The position numbers and the translations under genes were made by a program. From Candidatus Omnitrophota bacterium (GTDB lineage Bacteria; Ratteibacteria; UBA8468; B48-G9; JAFGKM01): DNA of 64,000 bases. The stretch spans positions 9,758 through 73,757 of the forward strand of contig JAFGKM010000005.1 in NCBI GenBank assembly GCA_016928555.1, written 5' to 3'. Positions 63,121 to 64,000 of this stretch are shown piece after piece (the stretch's first letter is position 1; each line of letters opens with the position of its first letter). The notes beneath the pieces are model-generated. The model did not search any database. It had not been told where the DNA came from and was given only the letters and a program-made list of their open reading frames with translations.

Positions 63121-64000
63121 ATGGAGAGAAATAAATTCAGGCATGTTTTTGCGGGGAAGCCCGCGAACCGGATACCGCTGATTATACTTGCTTTGCTTCT
63201 GCTTGCCTCCGGGAAGGGGTTTGCCGAATGGCCCGCATGGATTGAAAAAGAAAAAATACGCGGCGGGTACCAGGGCGGCTATATTGACAGCGACGAGCAT
63301 TTTGCCAGGCTTGCCGCTCACGGCATCAACACTCTTTTACTCTCTTTTGCGTCGCTGGATATAGATGCGACGGATGAGATTGCACTTATGAAAAAGCAGG
63401 CTGACAGGTGTTCCGGCCTGGGCCTGCATATGTTTGTCTGTGTGCGGCTGTGCGGGGATAAGGCCGAACTGCGCTACCTGGTACCGGGCGGCCGCTGTTA
63501 TGTGGGCGGCAAAGGCGGAGCCCTTACCAAAACTCCCTGTCCCGTAGACCCTGTTTTCTGGGATAATGTGGTCACAAAGCGGGCACAGCTGGCGGCTGAA
63601 CATTCGTTGATGCACAAGATAGACGGGTTTGCACTGGACCCGGAGATGTACAGCGCTGATATGGCAAATTTCCCGGGCTACTGCTACTGTGAGTATTGCT
63701 TCCGCGAATTTTTTCAGCACCGCGGCTTGCAGGTTGATGTTCCGTCTCCGGAAAAACGGTCTGCATGGCTTAAAGATAACGGTTTGCTGGAAACATACCA
63801 GAGATGGCAGGAAGAACAGGCACAGGGACTTGCCGTGAAAACCATGCAGGCGGTACACAAGATAAACCCCGGTATGGTAATAGGAGTTTTATCCCTGGAT
63901 GACCGCAGCTGGTATTCCAATGCGTGGGCTCGCGGTTTCGGCTCTCCGGAGATGCCTGTCATCGCTTTTTCGGAGAATACGTACTCTACGGGCGCGGATA
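63121..64000 (+). CDS. secreted hypothetical protein (signal peptide), 5'-partial view; runs off the window end
   Basis: A GGAGGGAGGA Shine-Dalgarno directly before ATG 63121. MERNKFRHVFAGKPANRIPLIILALLLLASGKGFA is a signal peptide. The ORF is still open at 64000 and so is absent from the track. Confidence 0.5.
   Translation, partial: MERNKFRHVFAGKPANRIPLIILALLLLASGKGFAEWPAWIEKEKIRGGYQGGYIDSDEHFARLAAHGINTLLLSFASLDIDATDEIALMKKQADRCSGLGLHMFVCVRLCGDKAELRYLVPGGRCYVGGKGGALTKTPCPVDPVFWDNVVTKRAQLAAEHSLMHKIDGFALDPEMYSADMANFPGYCYCEYCFREFFQHRGLQVDVPSPEKRSAWLKDNGLLETYQRWQEEQAQGLAVKTMQAVHKINPGMVIGVLSLDDRSWYSNAWARGFGSPEMPVIAFSENTYSTGAD

Overview
This 64-kb window is a densely coded bacterial chromosomal segment at roughly 46-48% GC by eye, with a few GC-richer patches. 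The prepilin-type DUF1559 protein, the GH2/GH57 enzymes, the LysM-L,D-transpeptidase and four URO-D-like paralogs point to an uncultivated PVC-type lineage (Planctomycetota, Lentisphaerota, Omnitrophota or similar); this taxonomic guess is low confidence.

Housekeeping genes recognised from the translations:
- glmS
- mnmG
- mutS and mutL (adjacent)
- glnA
- yifB/comM
- pilT
- ridA
- glycerate kinase
- a ROK regulator, a LacI regulator, a ZIP zinc transporter, MFS transporters and zinc-dependent dehydrogenases

One tight minus-strand operon fuses a GAF sensor histidine kinase and a single-domain response regulator to glycogen genes (glgC, a GalT-family enzyme, glgA, a GH57 enzyme, glgB).

Three tRNAs are present: Pro(TGG), Arg(TCG) and His(GTG). 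There is no rRNA and no CRISPR array.

Accessory content:
- A MntA/HepT plus RHH/RelE toxin-antitoxin cassette sits between two perfect 65-bp direct repeats of the yifB 3' end.
- Remnant attachment-site-like repeats of the tRNA-Pro 3' end follow that tRNA.
- An island of about 7 kb lies downstream of tRNA-His. It carries two paralogous secreted beta-propeller proteins (BNR/Asp-box and SBBP repeats) that share a CFIATAAYG C-terminal domain. It also carries ParE/Phd toxin-antitoxin pairs, an orphan Phd-like antitoxin next to a leaderless small-ORF plus nucleotidyltransferase operon, and a 30-40-nt tRNA-3'-end-like element repeated at cassette junctions. No integrase lies inside the window.

Other observations followed up in the findings:
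- a eukaryote-type GNA1-like acetyltransferase directly after glmS
- a DUF763/EndoIII-like translationally coupled pair
- a DeoR sensor-domain-only protein
- a GAF-ANTAR protein
- a 43-aa basic small protein with a strong ribosome-binding site
- a palindromic operator-like site on the glnA promoter
- repeated intergenic palindromic elements
- several apparently leaderless transcripts
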